Assembly (NCBI RefSeq): GCF_001194135.2
Contig: NC_068991.1
Location: 3,961,734 to 4,025,733, forward strand
DNA from: Octopus bimaculoides
Lineage: Eukaryota
DNA: 64,000 nucleotides
Reading direction: 5' to 3'
Part shown: piece by piece, positions 25,972 through 39,153 of the stretch
How the letters are laid out: each line of letters begins with the position of its first letter
Numbering within the stretch: position 1 is the first letter of the stretch
Position numbers and translations under genes: made by a program
Notes under the pieces: generated by a model
Databases searched by the model: none
Told to the model about the DNA's origin: nothing
What the model saw: only the letters and a program-made list of their open reading frames with translations

Positions 25972-27774
25972 TAGCAAACTGTTATCTCTATTTGCTGAGA
26001 CTTGGCACAGCTTCCCTATTTAGCTTGCTTTATAGCAGAACATCACTGATGTGTTTGATAAACATTCTGGCATTCCTTTATTCCTTTAATCTCTTACCGG
26101 TTTCAGTCGTTGGACTGCAGCCATGCTGGCGTGTCATATTCTATGATTTATTTGCTCTTATGAATTTCAATACGTATCCCTCTCTATTCGTCGGTGTTCT
26201 GAAATACGAAACATAGATGAATAGTCCATGAAAAGATAACAGATTTTAAACCGGTGTAAATATAAATATAGTCCCGCATGTAAACATATTTCTATTTACG
26301 TCAGTAACGGCTATCGTCTTTTGACGATGCTGTATTTTCTTCATGTTGATTAAATATATTTTAGATGTGACATCGTAAGCTAACTGCTTTTATGCAAGAC
26401 ATACTATATATTGGTACTCTAGTAGTTATTGAAAGTCACCGACACTGTACGTTCATGCAAACATTGAGCCTAACACGATTTTATTAACAATTAAATAAGC
26501 AGATTTGTGCAAATTTATCTCGGTATCTTGAGAGGTAAGATGAGCAGCGAAACCTGAAAAATTATTTATTTATCTAGTAGTAAAAAAAGAATGAGTTTTC
26601 CAGACTGCAGGGATAAATGGAAATTGTTATCATCAAACTGGAGACTTTCTCAGAATGCTGCAATACAGGAGCTTCGCTAATGGCAACAAAAAGAATTGGT
26701 TGTGACATTAAGTTGGGCGATGGATTAAATATAAAACAAATGCGCCACGCAGGAAATTCTCTAAAGACACGCAAAGATCAGGTGGTGGTTGGAAAATAAG
26801 CAACGAATTAAGTCTACAACCAAATGCCAAGAACTACCAGGGAACAAATAATGTTGCTGAGCGATGGATCACGGCTTCTATCAAGAAATCAGAACTCGAA
26901 GAAATGATTGGACTAATACCAGGAGACATCTCATATAAACCTTAAATGTTTCCACCAATCGAACGCAGAAGACCTTTCTTTTCTTTCTTTTTTCTTACTT
27001 TGACACCGAAAGTTTGAAAACAACGCTGTTGTCAGCTGGATTTGAACCCAGAGAACCAAAAGATTAACGCTGGTCATTTTCATTCTTCGCTTTAACGATT
27101 CTGCCTATCCGGCGCCGTACATTTTTCAAATACATATGCGATCGAACAATATAATCAACATTCTAAGTTGCTGAAGAGAACTTCACGGACATAATTTTCA
27201 CGTGGAATGAAGTACAGATGACTTAGATGGCTGTGTATTTATTCATGATCCGAGAATTAGGACATTCTAGTAAGCAATGAAAGTTATCATTCTTCTTCTT
27301 AAGACATATCTATCTATCTGTCTGTTTGTCTGTCTATCTTCTGCTGCCTGCCTGCCTGTCTGCTTATCTGTCTATCTATCTGTATGTATTTATACATATA
27401 TCAATATATACATGCGTGATGAAAGTGACGAGCTGGCAGAAACGTTAGCATACCGGGTGAAATGCTTAACGGTATGCTAGGCCTCCAACCAGATTTTTCT
27501 TAACATCCTTAAAGACAGGAACATTTCAGCCCCTCCCTCCTCGTATACATGTTGCCGCCACTTCTGGCGCTGCTATCACAGGTCCAAGGATTTCAATCTA
27601 TGGTAATAATACGATCAGTCAAACCACCGGTGCATATTGCACCATCCACCATCATCGCTTTAAAAAAACACATTTCCTGTGACTACGATTTTACAACTGT
27701 AGTTTTAACAGCACCATCACCACTGTCTCTATCTAAAACGACACCAGCAGCAGTAGCAACAGTTGCAGCACCGC

Positions 27775-28610
27775 GCCACCACTACCATCACCACTACCAT
27801 CACCACTACCACCACCACCACCATCACCACTACCACCACCACCACCATCACCACTACCACCACCACCACCATCACCACNNNNNNNNNNNNNNNNNNNNNN
27901 NNNNNNNNNNNNNNNNNNNNNNNNNNNNNNNNNNNNNNNNNNNNNNNNNNNNNNNNNNNNNNNNNNNNNNNNNNNNNNNNNNNNNNNNNNNNNNNNNNNN
28001 NNNNNNNNNNNNNNNNNNNNNNNNNNNNNNNNNNNNNNNNNNNNNNNNNNNNNNNNNNNNNNNNNNNNNNNNNNNNNNNNNNNNNNNNNNNNNNNNNNNN
28101 NNNNNNNNNNNNNNNNNNNNNNNNNNNNNNNNNNNNNNNNNNNNNNNNNNNNNNNNNNNNNNNNNNNNNNNNNNNNNNNNNNNNNNNNNNNNNNNNNNNN
28201 NNNNNNNNNNNNNNNNNNNNNNNNNNNNNNNNNNNNNNNNNNNNNNNNNNNNNNNNNNNNNNNNNNNNNNNNNNNNNNNNNNNNNNNNNACCTCCACCAC
28301 CACCACCACCTCCAATACCACCACTACAACAGCAACTACCATCCCACCACCATCACCATCATCATCACCGCCAACATCAATAACAACCCCCCCCACCAGT
28401 ATCACCATTCTAAACAACGATATCACGACTTTACTACTACTTCTACCGCCACCACCACACCACCATTACTACCACTACTACCACCACCACCACCACCACC
28501 ACTACCACTATCACTACCACTACCACCACAATTACAACAACTACTGCTACTACTACTACTACTACCAGTAGTAGTGTCGGTGGTGGTTGTGGTGGTGGTG
28601 GTGGTGATGG
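27775..28610. repeat. Compound (CAC/CAT/TAC)n trinucleotide tract spanning a gap
   Basis: Read directly. Source of the poly-His/Thr/Pro pseudo-ORFs. Confidence 0.95.
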
Positions 28611-30241
28611 TTCTTGGTAGTTATCCTATTATTTCCTACATTTATCTTTGCCTTCTTTCCGATTATGTCCTGTTCTTTTTTTTGTTACTCAAATTCTAAT
28701 AAATGAGATAAATAAATATATAAATAAAAGACAAAAGAACAACAAAAAAAAACAAGAAAAGGCATTTATATTAAATGCTTCAATATTGAAAACCCACAAC
28801 GGAAACAAGAAATGTCGGCCCAACCAAGGCTCGGCATACACACGCTTAGTTTGATTATATATATATATATATATATNNNNNNNNNNNNNNNNNNNNNNNN
28901 NNNNNNNNNNNNNNNNNNNNNNNNNNNNNNNNNNNNNNNNNNNNNNNNNNNNNNNNNNNNNNNNNNNNNNNNNNNNNNNNNNNNNNNNNNNNNNNNNNNN
29001 NNNNNNNNNNNNNNNNNNNNNNNNNNNNNNNNNNNNNNNNNNNNNNNNNNNNNNNNNNNNNNNNNNNNNNNNNNNNNNNNNNNNNNNNNNNNNNNNNNNN
29101 NNNNNNNNNNNNNNNNNNNNNNNNNNNNNNNNNNNNNNNNNNNNNNNNNNNNNNNNNNNNNNNNNNNNNNNNNNNNNNNNNNNNNNNNNNNNNNNNNNNN
29201 NNNNNNNNNNNNNNNNNNNNNNNNNNNNNNNNNNNNNNNNNNNNNNNNNNNNNNNNNNNNNNNNNNNNNNNNNNNNNNNNNNNNNNNNNNNNNNNNNNNN
29301 NNNNNNNNNNNNNNNNNNNNNNNNNNNNNNNNNNNNNNNNNNNNNNNNNNNNNNNNNNNNNNNNNNNNNATATATATATATATGTATATATTGCTATCTA
29401 TCAATCAATCAGTCTGTCTACCTACCAACCTACCCATCTGTCTACCTCCGTATCTATCTATCTATCTATCTATGCATACATACATACATACATACATACA
29501 TACATACATACATACATACATACATACATACAAACATACATTCGTATACATGAACATACGCGTGGTCGTGTACGTCTGTTTGTACAAATTTGCATTTCGT
29601 TGTATTTATTGTGTTCGCTGTTAGTCGTCGGAGTCTTGTAACAGCCACTAATATAAAGTATTCTGAAAGAACGGTATTTGGTTTGGAACGAATGTTATTA
29701 GAATTAATTAAAAAAAATGCAATAAAAAGTATGTTACAAAATACAGCCATGTTCATATTTATACAAACACACATTGGCGTATCGTTGAATCTACGTCATT
29801 GCGTGACGTATGTGGCTGTCACAGCGCGCGTCTCTCTTTATATATATGTACACACAGATACACACAGATACACACAGATATAAATATATATAAGGATGTG
29901 TTAGTGCGTGGAAGTGTTTCGGTATGAGCAGAATTTAGGCTAGTGGAAATATGTTTGCAACATATTTCAACTGCTAAAATACAAATACACTGCAGGGACC
30001 GTGGAGAATAAGTCTTCCTTATGCTAAAAAGGTGTGAAAATACCGAATCTCAGGCGTCGGTGTTTCGAGCTATTTTGGCTATTGTCAATTAGATATACAT
30101 AAGAGAGGCAACTATGAATGAACTTAGACAGGTACAAGGTTATGTATAATCCAGTGAATATATTGACTGATTTGCGCTAGTAGATCGCCCAATCGAGGTA
30201 ACCAACAAAGTGTTAGCATGAAGCAGTGCTTAGGTATGGGT

Positions 30242-30285
<44 letters not shown>

Positions 30286-30321
30286 CAGGGATACACACAC
30301 ACACAAACACACATATATATA

Positions 30322-30480
30322 TGACGGGCTTCTTTCAGTTAACGTCTACTAAATCCACTCTAAAGGCCCTGTTTGGCCCGAAGCTATAATATAGGATACT
30401 TGCCCAACGTGTCACGCTGTGGGACTCAACTCGAAATGATACAGTCGGAAAGCAAGCTTCTTATCAGATAACCACGCTTT
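30322..30480 (-). mobile_element. SINE family B 5' half, diverged
   Basis: GACGGGCTTCTTTCAGTT..AAATCCACTC..CTTGCCCAA..GGAAAGCAAGCTTCTTA. Confidence 0.7.
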
Positions 30481-30481
30481 C

Positions 30482-30525
<44 letters not shown>

Positions 30526-31278
30526 ATTAGCACAAATCTCCCCCCCCCCTTTATTTCGTACGTTCGTGTGAACTTGTAGCTTTGTTTCGCTTTTATTATT
30601 TTATTTGTTAACCCAGTTTTTGCAATGATCCTGGTAAATAGTGATCTGAAAGGTGTGTAGGTGCTGTTGGGGGTCCTTGGTGGGGGCACTTTGTCCGATT
30701 TAGGCTTCCTGGTGTTTTGGGCAGTCTGGTTATTGGTAATGTAAACTGTATTCGTCATGTAATCATTCATGCTATCGGTGTTGTTACTATTGCTGTTGTT
30801 GTTGTTGTTGTTATTGTTGTTGTAGATGTTGTTGTTGTAGAAGTTGATGTTGTTGCTCTTGTGGTCGCTGTCTGCAGTCGAGCCTCGGCAGGTTAATAAG
30901 GTTTTGGGTTGATTGATGGCGGTGAAGCGATGCGGTGAGGGGTTTGGAGTAGTGTGTCTCGGTGGCGATTATTTTGGTCGATGGCGAACAGAAATGGTAA
31001 ATGAAAACCCGGTTCCATCATGAGAAGAAAAAAAACAGCAATAATAATTTGATGAGAGAGAGACGGAGATGGAGGGAGAGAGATAGAGGGGAGAGAGGAA
31101 GAGAAAAGAATAGAGAGAGCGCAATCGACAGAGTACTAGACAGAGGGAGAGGGAATGCTAGACATAGATAGAAGGAGAGACAGAGAGGGAAGGAAAGAGC
31201 ATGACATAGAACAAAGTAAAGTGAAGGGAGTGAGAGAAAAGGAGAGAGAGAGCGAGAGCGACAGAACATTAAAGAGAG

Positions 31279-31280
<2 letters not shown>

Positions 31281-31365
<85 letters not shown>
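31281..31365. repeat. (GA)n microsatellite
   Basis: Read directly. Confidence 0.95.
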
Positions 31366-31369
<4 letters not shown>

Positions 31370-31893
31370 GAGATAGAGAAAGATAGAGAGAAGAACAGAG
31401 AAGAGGAGGAGAGGTTTAAGGCGAAAGAGAGACTAATAAAGGAACATAAATATAAAGTGTCTTGTACAAATGCGTACAGATTTATTATCAGAAGCTTACA
31501 CACAAGTACACACACATACTTATATATATATATACACGCACAAAGTGTGTGTATGTGCGTGTTTACATACATGCATACATATCTGGACGGACACACACAC
31601 ACAAACAAACACATATACATACGTACACGAATAAATGCACACGCATATATGCAATTATATACTGATAGATAGATTTATATATTGTACATGTGTGTGTTCA
31701 TGTCTCTCTCTGTCGCTCTCTCTATCTGTCTCTCTTTTGCTCTCTCTCTCTTTCTCTCTCTCTCTCTTTCTCTCTCTCTCTATATATATATATATATGCA
31801 TATATATATGTATATATCTATATATATGTATGTATATATGTATATATATTTGTGTATATATACATTATATATATATATGTATGTATGTATGTA

Positions 31894-31951
<58 letters not shown>

Positions 31952-32642
31952 NNNNNNNNNNNNNNNNNNNNNNNNNNNNNNNNNNNNNNNNNNNNNNNNN
32001 NNNNNNNNNNNNNNNNNNNNNNNNNNNNNNNNNNNNNNNNNNNNNNNNNNNNNNNNNNNNNNNNNNNNNNNNNNNNNNNNNNNNNNNNNNNNNNNNNNNN
32101 NNNNNNNNNNNNNNNNNNNNNNNNNNNNNNNNNNNNNNNNNNNNNNNNNNNNNNNNNNNNNNNNNNNNNNNNNNNNNNNNNNNNNNNNNNNNNNNNNNNN
32201 NNNNNNNNNNNNNNNNNNNNNNNNNNNNNNNNNNNNNNNNNNNNNNNNNNNNNNNNNNNNNNNNNNNNNNNNNNNNNNNNNNNNNNNNNNNNNNNNNNNN
32301 NNNNNNNNNNNNNNNNNNNNNNNNNNNNNNNNNNNNNNNNNNNNNNNNNNNNNNNNNNNNNNNNNNNNNNNNNNNNNNNNNNNNNNNNNNNNNNNNNNNN
32401 NNNNNNNNNTATATATATATATATATATATAAATACATATATATGTACATACAAATCTATATAAGTAAAAATTACATATGAGTTGAGGGGTGACATATAA
32501 TTTCAATCTATTGATAAATCTGCTCGTCTAATCTATTTATCTACCAAGTTTTGTGTTTAAAGTATTACCATTGCAGTTTAAAACTAGCGATCAATCTATC
32601 AATCTATCTGTCATTTCTAATCTACACACATACATACATACA

Positions 32643-32687
<45 letters not shown>

Positions 32688-32716
32688 NNNNNNNNNNNNN
32701 NNNNNNNNNNNNNNNN

Positions 32717-32759
<43 letters not shown>

Positions 32760-33172
32760 ACATATATATATATACATACATACACACACATCAAGACATA
32801 TTTCCTTGCGTATATACTCATGCATCGCGCATGTTTATCTACATTCAAAAGATAAGAATCATATTTATTTCTTCTGTGCCCTGCAATGCGAAACTACCTC
32901 GGTCGATTGGCGGCATTTTCCTCAGCAATGCATTCACCAACTTCAGGCCGGCGTATGTGATTGCGTAACGTCTGTGATTTGAAGTAGTGGCCTTCAGCAA
33001 TTCCCTTAGAATATTTCGGAGGTGAATGCTATAAATATAACTTAGCTCTGACAGATATTGTTATATTCTGAAGTCGTCAATTCCTCATCGGTGTTGTCTT
33101 GCATTTATAATGAAAGAAATATATACAACTCATAAAAAACAATAATAATAATAAAATATACAGTACAGTACT

Positions 33173-33240
33173 ACTTCAGGGATTTTCATCTATCGCGGGG
33201 TATTGGAAACGTAACACCCGTGATAGTCGAGGGATTACTG
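33173..33240 (-). mobile_element. Single end of a pogo/Tigger-type MITE
   Basis: Minus strand CAGTAATCCCTCGACTATCACGGGTGTTACGTTTCCAATACCCCGCGATAG; no partner TIR found. Confidence 0.4.
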
Positions 33241-34005
33241 TGTATATATGTATATGAGCGTATTTATGTGTGTCTGTACATGTGTGTATATGGGGGGGGG
33301 TGCGTACGTGCGTGTGAATATATAAAGGGTAAATGTCCATAGTTCTTCGAACGAAGCCCACCGATTCACTGATGCTCCCTAGGGACTCTCCACGTCAGAA
33401 GGTGGTACGAACCAGCGATTGGTCCGTTTGGAAACCTAAAAACCGACCAGGCTATTGTTCACAAAATTGCTACGAAAACAAAAAGAAACAACGAAAAAAA
33501 TGAAAAAAAACAAAACAAAACAAAAACAAATATTAAAATAGAATAGAACAAAACAAAAAAACCGGCCATTCACATCAACCTCCATAAAATAAAATAAAAA
33601 ACGCGTGGCCTTTTTAATCGCAATCATTTTAGCGGAAAAGATGGTGATTGAGAAAATATATATAATTAAACAAAAAAAAAAATTAATAAATGGAAAATAT
33701 GAAGATATATTATGAAAAGACACCGCTGAATCTTCAGAAGTAAATTTAATTGGTAATAAATTGGCCAATGATATTAGTATTTCTTTCTTGTTATGTTTTA
33801 CTTTCTGTGTTTTATGTGTGTTTGTGTGTGTGTTTTTTTTTCTGTATACAATTTCTTTATATAAGAATCTGCTTCAATATGAGTAAATGGAGGAAGTATA
33901 CAATATATATAGACCAATAAAACTGAGTGGTTGAATAGAGGTATTAATTTGTAGCTAGCTAAATATATAGACATATGGATGGGGGATAGGAAAGACCTAC
34001 TTCAG

Positions 34006-34038
<33 letters not shown>

Positions 34039-34039
34039 T

Positions 34040-34088
<49 letters not shown>

Positions 34089-34900
34089 TATATTTATACA
34101 TATATAAATGTATACATATACACATATTTATGCATGTATGTATATGTATATACATATATATATAAAACGATAATTATATGTATATGCTTGTGCGTATGTA
34201 TGTGAATGCGCACACGTATACGTACACATATATTTGTATGAGTGTATGAATGGATGGGTTTTGGACGTTTATCTTTGCATATGTATGCATATACATACAT
34301 ACATACATGCATACATTATACATTTTCATGATATACAAAGGAAAAGGGAGATAGATATGTGTGTGCGCACATTCATATGTTTGTATGTTTAAATTGTCAA
34401 ATGGTATATACATGCATACATACATACATGCATACATACATATACATGCATACATACATACATTCATATACATATATATATACATATATCTATATGTATG
34501 TATATGTATATATATATGTATATATATATATACATATAGATAGATATTTAGATATACGTGTATATATGCATACATATACACAGGTATATATGTGTGTGCG
34601 TGTGTGTGTGTTTATGTGCTGCGTTGTGTGTGTTTATGTGCTGCGCTGTGTGTGCGCGTGCCTGCGTGTGCATGCGCGCGCGTGTGTGTTTCTAATTCTG
34701 TGTACATATAAAGAGAGGGAAATAAAGTTGATGTGAGACTGTGGGAGAGAGAGATTGCTAGATTGATAATTTGATGTATAGATACGTAGATATATCAGGG
34801 AGAACCGTTGAAAGCTAGATGCACCCTCAGTCTTTTACATACATACATACATACATACATACGTATATACACCAATATATGCGCACATAAACATACATAC

Positions 34901-34951
<51 letters not shown>

Positions 34952-35861
34952 NNNNNNNNNNTGGTGATGATGATGGTGGTGGTGGTGGTGGTGGTGGTGG
35001 TGGTGGTGGTGATGATGATGATGATGGTGATGATGGTGATGATGGTGATGATGGTGATGATGGTGTGTAGTTACTGGTGAATGTTGACGATAATGACGGA
35101 AAGATAAAAGTCGAAATTTCGAGGTCGAGTCGATAGAGCTGGTAGTGATGGTTTCCTGGTGTTGTGGATGTTGATGAAGATGATGATTGTAATAATGATG
35201 ACGACGACGACTGTTATGATGATGATGATGATTGTGATGGAGGTGGTGGAGGTCACATTGACGATGATGATGTTGATGTTGTTGTGCATGATGACGATAT
35301 ACAGAAATATGGCTGCCACAGCTACCCCTTCACTTCCTGCTCCCATTCCTCTTCTTTCCATCCTTCCTTCCTTCTTTTCTTTCTTCCTCTTTTTTCCTTT
35401 TTACTCTCCATTTTCCTGCTTTTGTAGTTTGTAGCCGTTGTCCTTCTTCTTCTTCTTCTTCTTCTTCTTCTTCTTCTTCTTCTTCTTCTTCTTCTTCTTC
35501 TTCTTCTTCTTGCTCCAGCTACTCCTGTTCCTGCTTCGGCTGCACCTGTTGTTGTTGAAGCATTCTAACGATGCTGATAATAAAGTTCTTCATAAATGAG
35601 TGCAAAATATTTTCTTCACGGCAAAGATGCGAATATTGTTGGCAATGAAAATTCTTCGTCCCTTTCTTCTGCCGTTGTTGCTGCTAAAGATTGCAACAAT
35701 AAGTTATAATGACGAGAACAATGAAGAAGACTTAACAATCTAGACAAGACATTACTCTGCTGTTAATTGTGGCATCTTCGCAGCAGACTTGGAACCGTTC
35801 ATATTGCCATTCTGAACGATCTTGCGTAAAACATTCAGAAACATCGGAATTAAATCTTTTA

Positions 35862-36054
35862 TTCATTTATCCTTTTACTTGTTTCAGTCAATTGACTGCG
35901 GCCATGCTGGAGGACCGCCTTTAGTCGAACTAATCGATCCCAGGTCTTATTCTTTGTAAGCCTTGTACTTATTCCTTTGATATCTTTCGCCGAACCGCTA
36001 AGTTACGGGGGCGTAAACACACCAACGTCGGTTGTCAAGCGATGGTGGTGGGGA

Positions 36055-36060
<6 letters not shown>
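35862..36060 (-). mobile_element. SINE family B 3' half, running into (CA)n and an assembly gap
   Basis: TTTCAGTCAATTGACTGCGGCCATGCTGGAG..GCCGAACCGCTAAGTTACGGGG..GGGACAAAC. Further short pieces lie at about 16595-16683, 43110-43185, 49905-49960 and 54495-54540. Confidence 0.8.
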
Positions 36061-36090
<30 letters not shown>

Positions 36091-36965
36091 NNNNNNNNNN
36101 NNNNNNNNNNNNNNNNNNNNNNNNNNNNNNNNNNNNNNNNNNNNNNNNNNNNNNNNNNNNNNNNNNNNNNNNNNNNNNNNNNNNNNNNNNNNNNNNNNNN
36201 NNNNNNNNNNNNNNNNNNNNNNNNNNNNNNNNNNNNNNNNNNNNNNNNNNNNNNNNNNNNNNNNNNNNNNNNNNNNNNNNNNNNNNNNNNNNNNNNNNNN
36301 NNNNNNNNNNNNNNNNNNNNNNNNNNNNNNNNNNNNNNNNNNNNNNNNNNNNNNNNNNNNNNNNNNNNNNNNNNNNNNNNNNNNNNNNNNNNNNNNNNNN
36401 NNNNNNNNNNNNNNNNNNNNNNNNNNNNNNNNNNNNNNNNNNNNNNNNNNNNNNNNNNNNNNNNNNNNNNNNNNNNNNNNNNNNNNNNNNNNNNNNNNNN
36501 NNNNNNNNNNNNNNNNNNNNNNNNNNNNNNNNNNNNNNNNNNNNNNNNNNNNNNNNNNNNNNNNNNNNNNNNNNNNNNNNNNNNNNNNNNNNNNNNNNNN
36601 NNNNNNNNNNNNNNNNNNNNNNNNNNNNNNNNNNNNNNNNNNNNNNNNNNNNNNNNNNNNNNNNNNNNNNNNNNNNNNNNNNNNNNNNNNNNNNNNNNNN
36701 NNNNNNNNNNNNNNNNNNNNNNNNNNNNNNNNNNNNNNNNNNNNNNNNNNNNNNNNNNNNNNNNNNNNNNNNNNNNNNNNNNNNNNNNNNNNNNCCCACA
36801 TTGCCACCCTAATATTTCACATGAATAGCGCGGCAAGCTAGCAGGAACGTTTACCCGCCGAGCAATCTGCTCCTCTTCACGTTCTGTTTTATATTTAAGA
36901 GATTAGGAATTTGGTGCATTATTTACATTATTTACATTTGATGAATGTTTGTGCTCATCTTGTTT

Positions 36966-37003
36966 GTTTCGGCTGATATACCCACCAGCCTTCATCAGGT
37001 GTC
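36966..37003 (-). ncRNA. Hammerhead ribozyme core lacking the cleavage-site strand
   Basis: GACAC-CTGATGA-A-GGCTG-GTGGGTATAT-CAGCC-GAAAC with a perfect 5-bp stem II. The following GTTGTGTT segment is deleted. Confidence 0.65.
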
Positions 37004-37050
37004 TTGGGGAAATTTTAAACCTGGGTTCTCATTCCTAAGGTATTTTTTGA

Positions 37051-37102
<52 letters not shown>

Positions 37103-37176
37103 TTTATTCAGGTCACTGCCTGGAATCGAACTTGGAATCTTGGAGTTAGTAGTCCGCGCTCTTAACTACTACGCCA

Positions 37177-37222
37177 TATACCTGATGGAGGCTGGAAGGT
37201 ATATCAACCAAAACGTTGTGTT
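37177..37222 (+). ncRNA. Hammerhead ribozyme motif with core mutations
   Basis: CTGATGG-A-GGCTG..CAACC-AAAA-CGTT-GTGTT. Cleavage side intact; A9 and G12 of the core are substituted. Confidence 0.5.
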
Positions 37223-38038
37223 AACAAGAAAAAAGATGAGGTCAGATATCCGTCAAATGTAAATAATGTAAATAATGTAAATAATGTTAACGTTCTGTGT
37301 TCAAATTCCGCCGAAGCCCATTAGCTTTTTATGTTTGTGGTGTCGACATAATAGCAACAAGGTGAACACTGGGACCAACACAATCAACTATCCCCCCACC
37401 CCCCGAAGTGAGTGGCTTTGTGCTAAAATTTGAAATCAATATTATATGTGAATAACCGCAGAATGTTGTAGAGCAGTGTTGATTGGTCTCAGCAGAATGT
37501 GACCCCAGAAATGTTGAAGTCCAAAATTAAATACCGGAAGGATTAAGTCAACCAAAGCACCACATTAAGTAATTAAAATCTACCTACCCAAGAATTAAAC
37601 TCCTTAAGAGTTTCAAATGATAACAAGATGGTTAACTTTAATAAACTGTAGAATTCAAGTACCAATAATATTTTATTCGTATCGAAACAAAAAATCTAAA
37701 ACAAAAATAAATAAATAATAATAATAATAAAGGCTTGGTTTAATTTGTTAATTCTATCTTATTTAATAAGCAGCCAATTTTAATGAAACTTTAGTATCTG
37801 GAAGTTATTCATTCCAATTAATTATAGTTCAAATCAATTGAATTCGTTTCAGATTTATTGTCATTGTGTTGAAGGACAATTAAAGTGGTTCGTATCCTTA
37901 GTATAATGAGTAAAAAACAAAGATTAAACAACAACAAAATATTAAAAGGAAACAAAAAAAAGAACAACAAACGAACATACAATTTTTAGCAAATAGTAAA
38001 TAATTAAAAATCGAGAGAAGAATCAAATTCAAGATGAA

Positions 38039-38129
<91 letters not shown>

Positions 38130-38160
38130 GTAATAGTAATATTAATAATAATAATTATAC
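38039..38160. repeat. (AAT)n microsatellite
   Basis: Read directly. One of many AAT, TA, CA, TACA and TAGA tracts in the window. Confidence 0.95.
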
Positions 38161-39153
38161 TAATGGTAATAATAATAAATCAATTATAAAAACATTGATG
38201 ATGATGTTAACAATGATAATACTAATAGTAATATTGATAATGGTAATGATATATAAGTGATTGTAATGATACAAATAATAATGATAATAATAATGATAAA
38301 TTAATGATGATGATGATGATGATGATGATACAAAAACAAATGCCACTTAATAAACTCAACATATAAACATAATTCAATTAGATAAATATAAATTTCTTAA
38401 GTAAGTTGAAAGTACGATTTCTCAGGAGTCGTGTGAAAATTTACCGATGATGTTATTTTATAGGCTTTTGAATTGTGAAATGGCAGAGTTGATCACATTG
38501 CGAATTGAATTTAGAATTTATGGTGGCGAAAAGTAATAAATAATTGAACGAATCTAAATGTCAACCGTTTTCTTTAGTTTTCCGATCGTTACATTACATA
38601 GATTAATGTCCATATGTTTTTGTTGTTTTTTTTTATTAAAAGACTCTTGATTTTCATTTGAATGGACGTCCATAGGTTTTTGACAGGTACATTCTTCTTC
38701 AACAATTCGACGATTCTCTGATCCCTAATTTGAAAAAAATATAAGGGAAAATATGCTTAGCTGAAGAGAACTCATAAAACCGGAATTATTATAGAATATT
38801 CATGCATCGGAGAAAGCATGGCTGTGTGTTTTGGAAATTCGATTTGCACCCATGTTCTTTTCGGATTCTGTCCCACTGCGCGGCATCTCGGGAAGGTAAT
38901 TATATTAACAGTGAGTTCGACACTTGGAAACAGAATGGATGACCACCATATATATAATGGGTCATCCCATAAATTTTTCAGTTTTTTTATACTTCATTTA
39001 TTTTTCAAAATTAAGATAAACACATTTCCTTTTTAATCTAAAATATACTCTCCTTCATTTTCTAAAATGTTCTTCCATCTATCTGGTAGAATTCACAACT
39101 GAGGCTGGATCTAGGGATCTGTATTACGGTTTCATTATAGCATGTATATATTG

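Larger units (their letters stand above)
36916..37290 (-). mobile_element. Most complete tRNA-like head + (TAA)n + hammerhead module, with an inverted second ribozyme/tail copy
   Basis: Minus strand: head 37180-37111 (A box TGGCGTAGTAG, B box GTTCGATTCC), (TAA)n 37032-37107, spacer, HHR 37003-36966, (TGTAAATAA)n tail. Plus strand: HHR plus tail at 37177-37290. Confidence 0.7.

Noticed and set aside
37111-37180. tRNA gene
   Set aside because: It has A/B boxes but no proper acceptor stem or terminator, and it recurs as part of a repeat module, so it is treated as a tRNA-derived head.
38925-38975. Small inverted motif GGATGACC...GGTCATCC around a TA run
   Set aside because: Too short to call. 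It may be abutting transposon ends, but no element body was identified.
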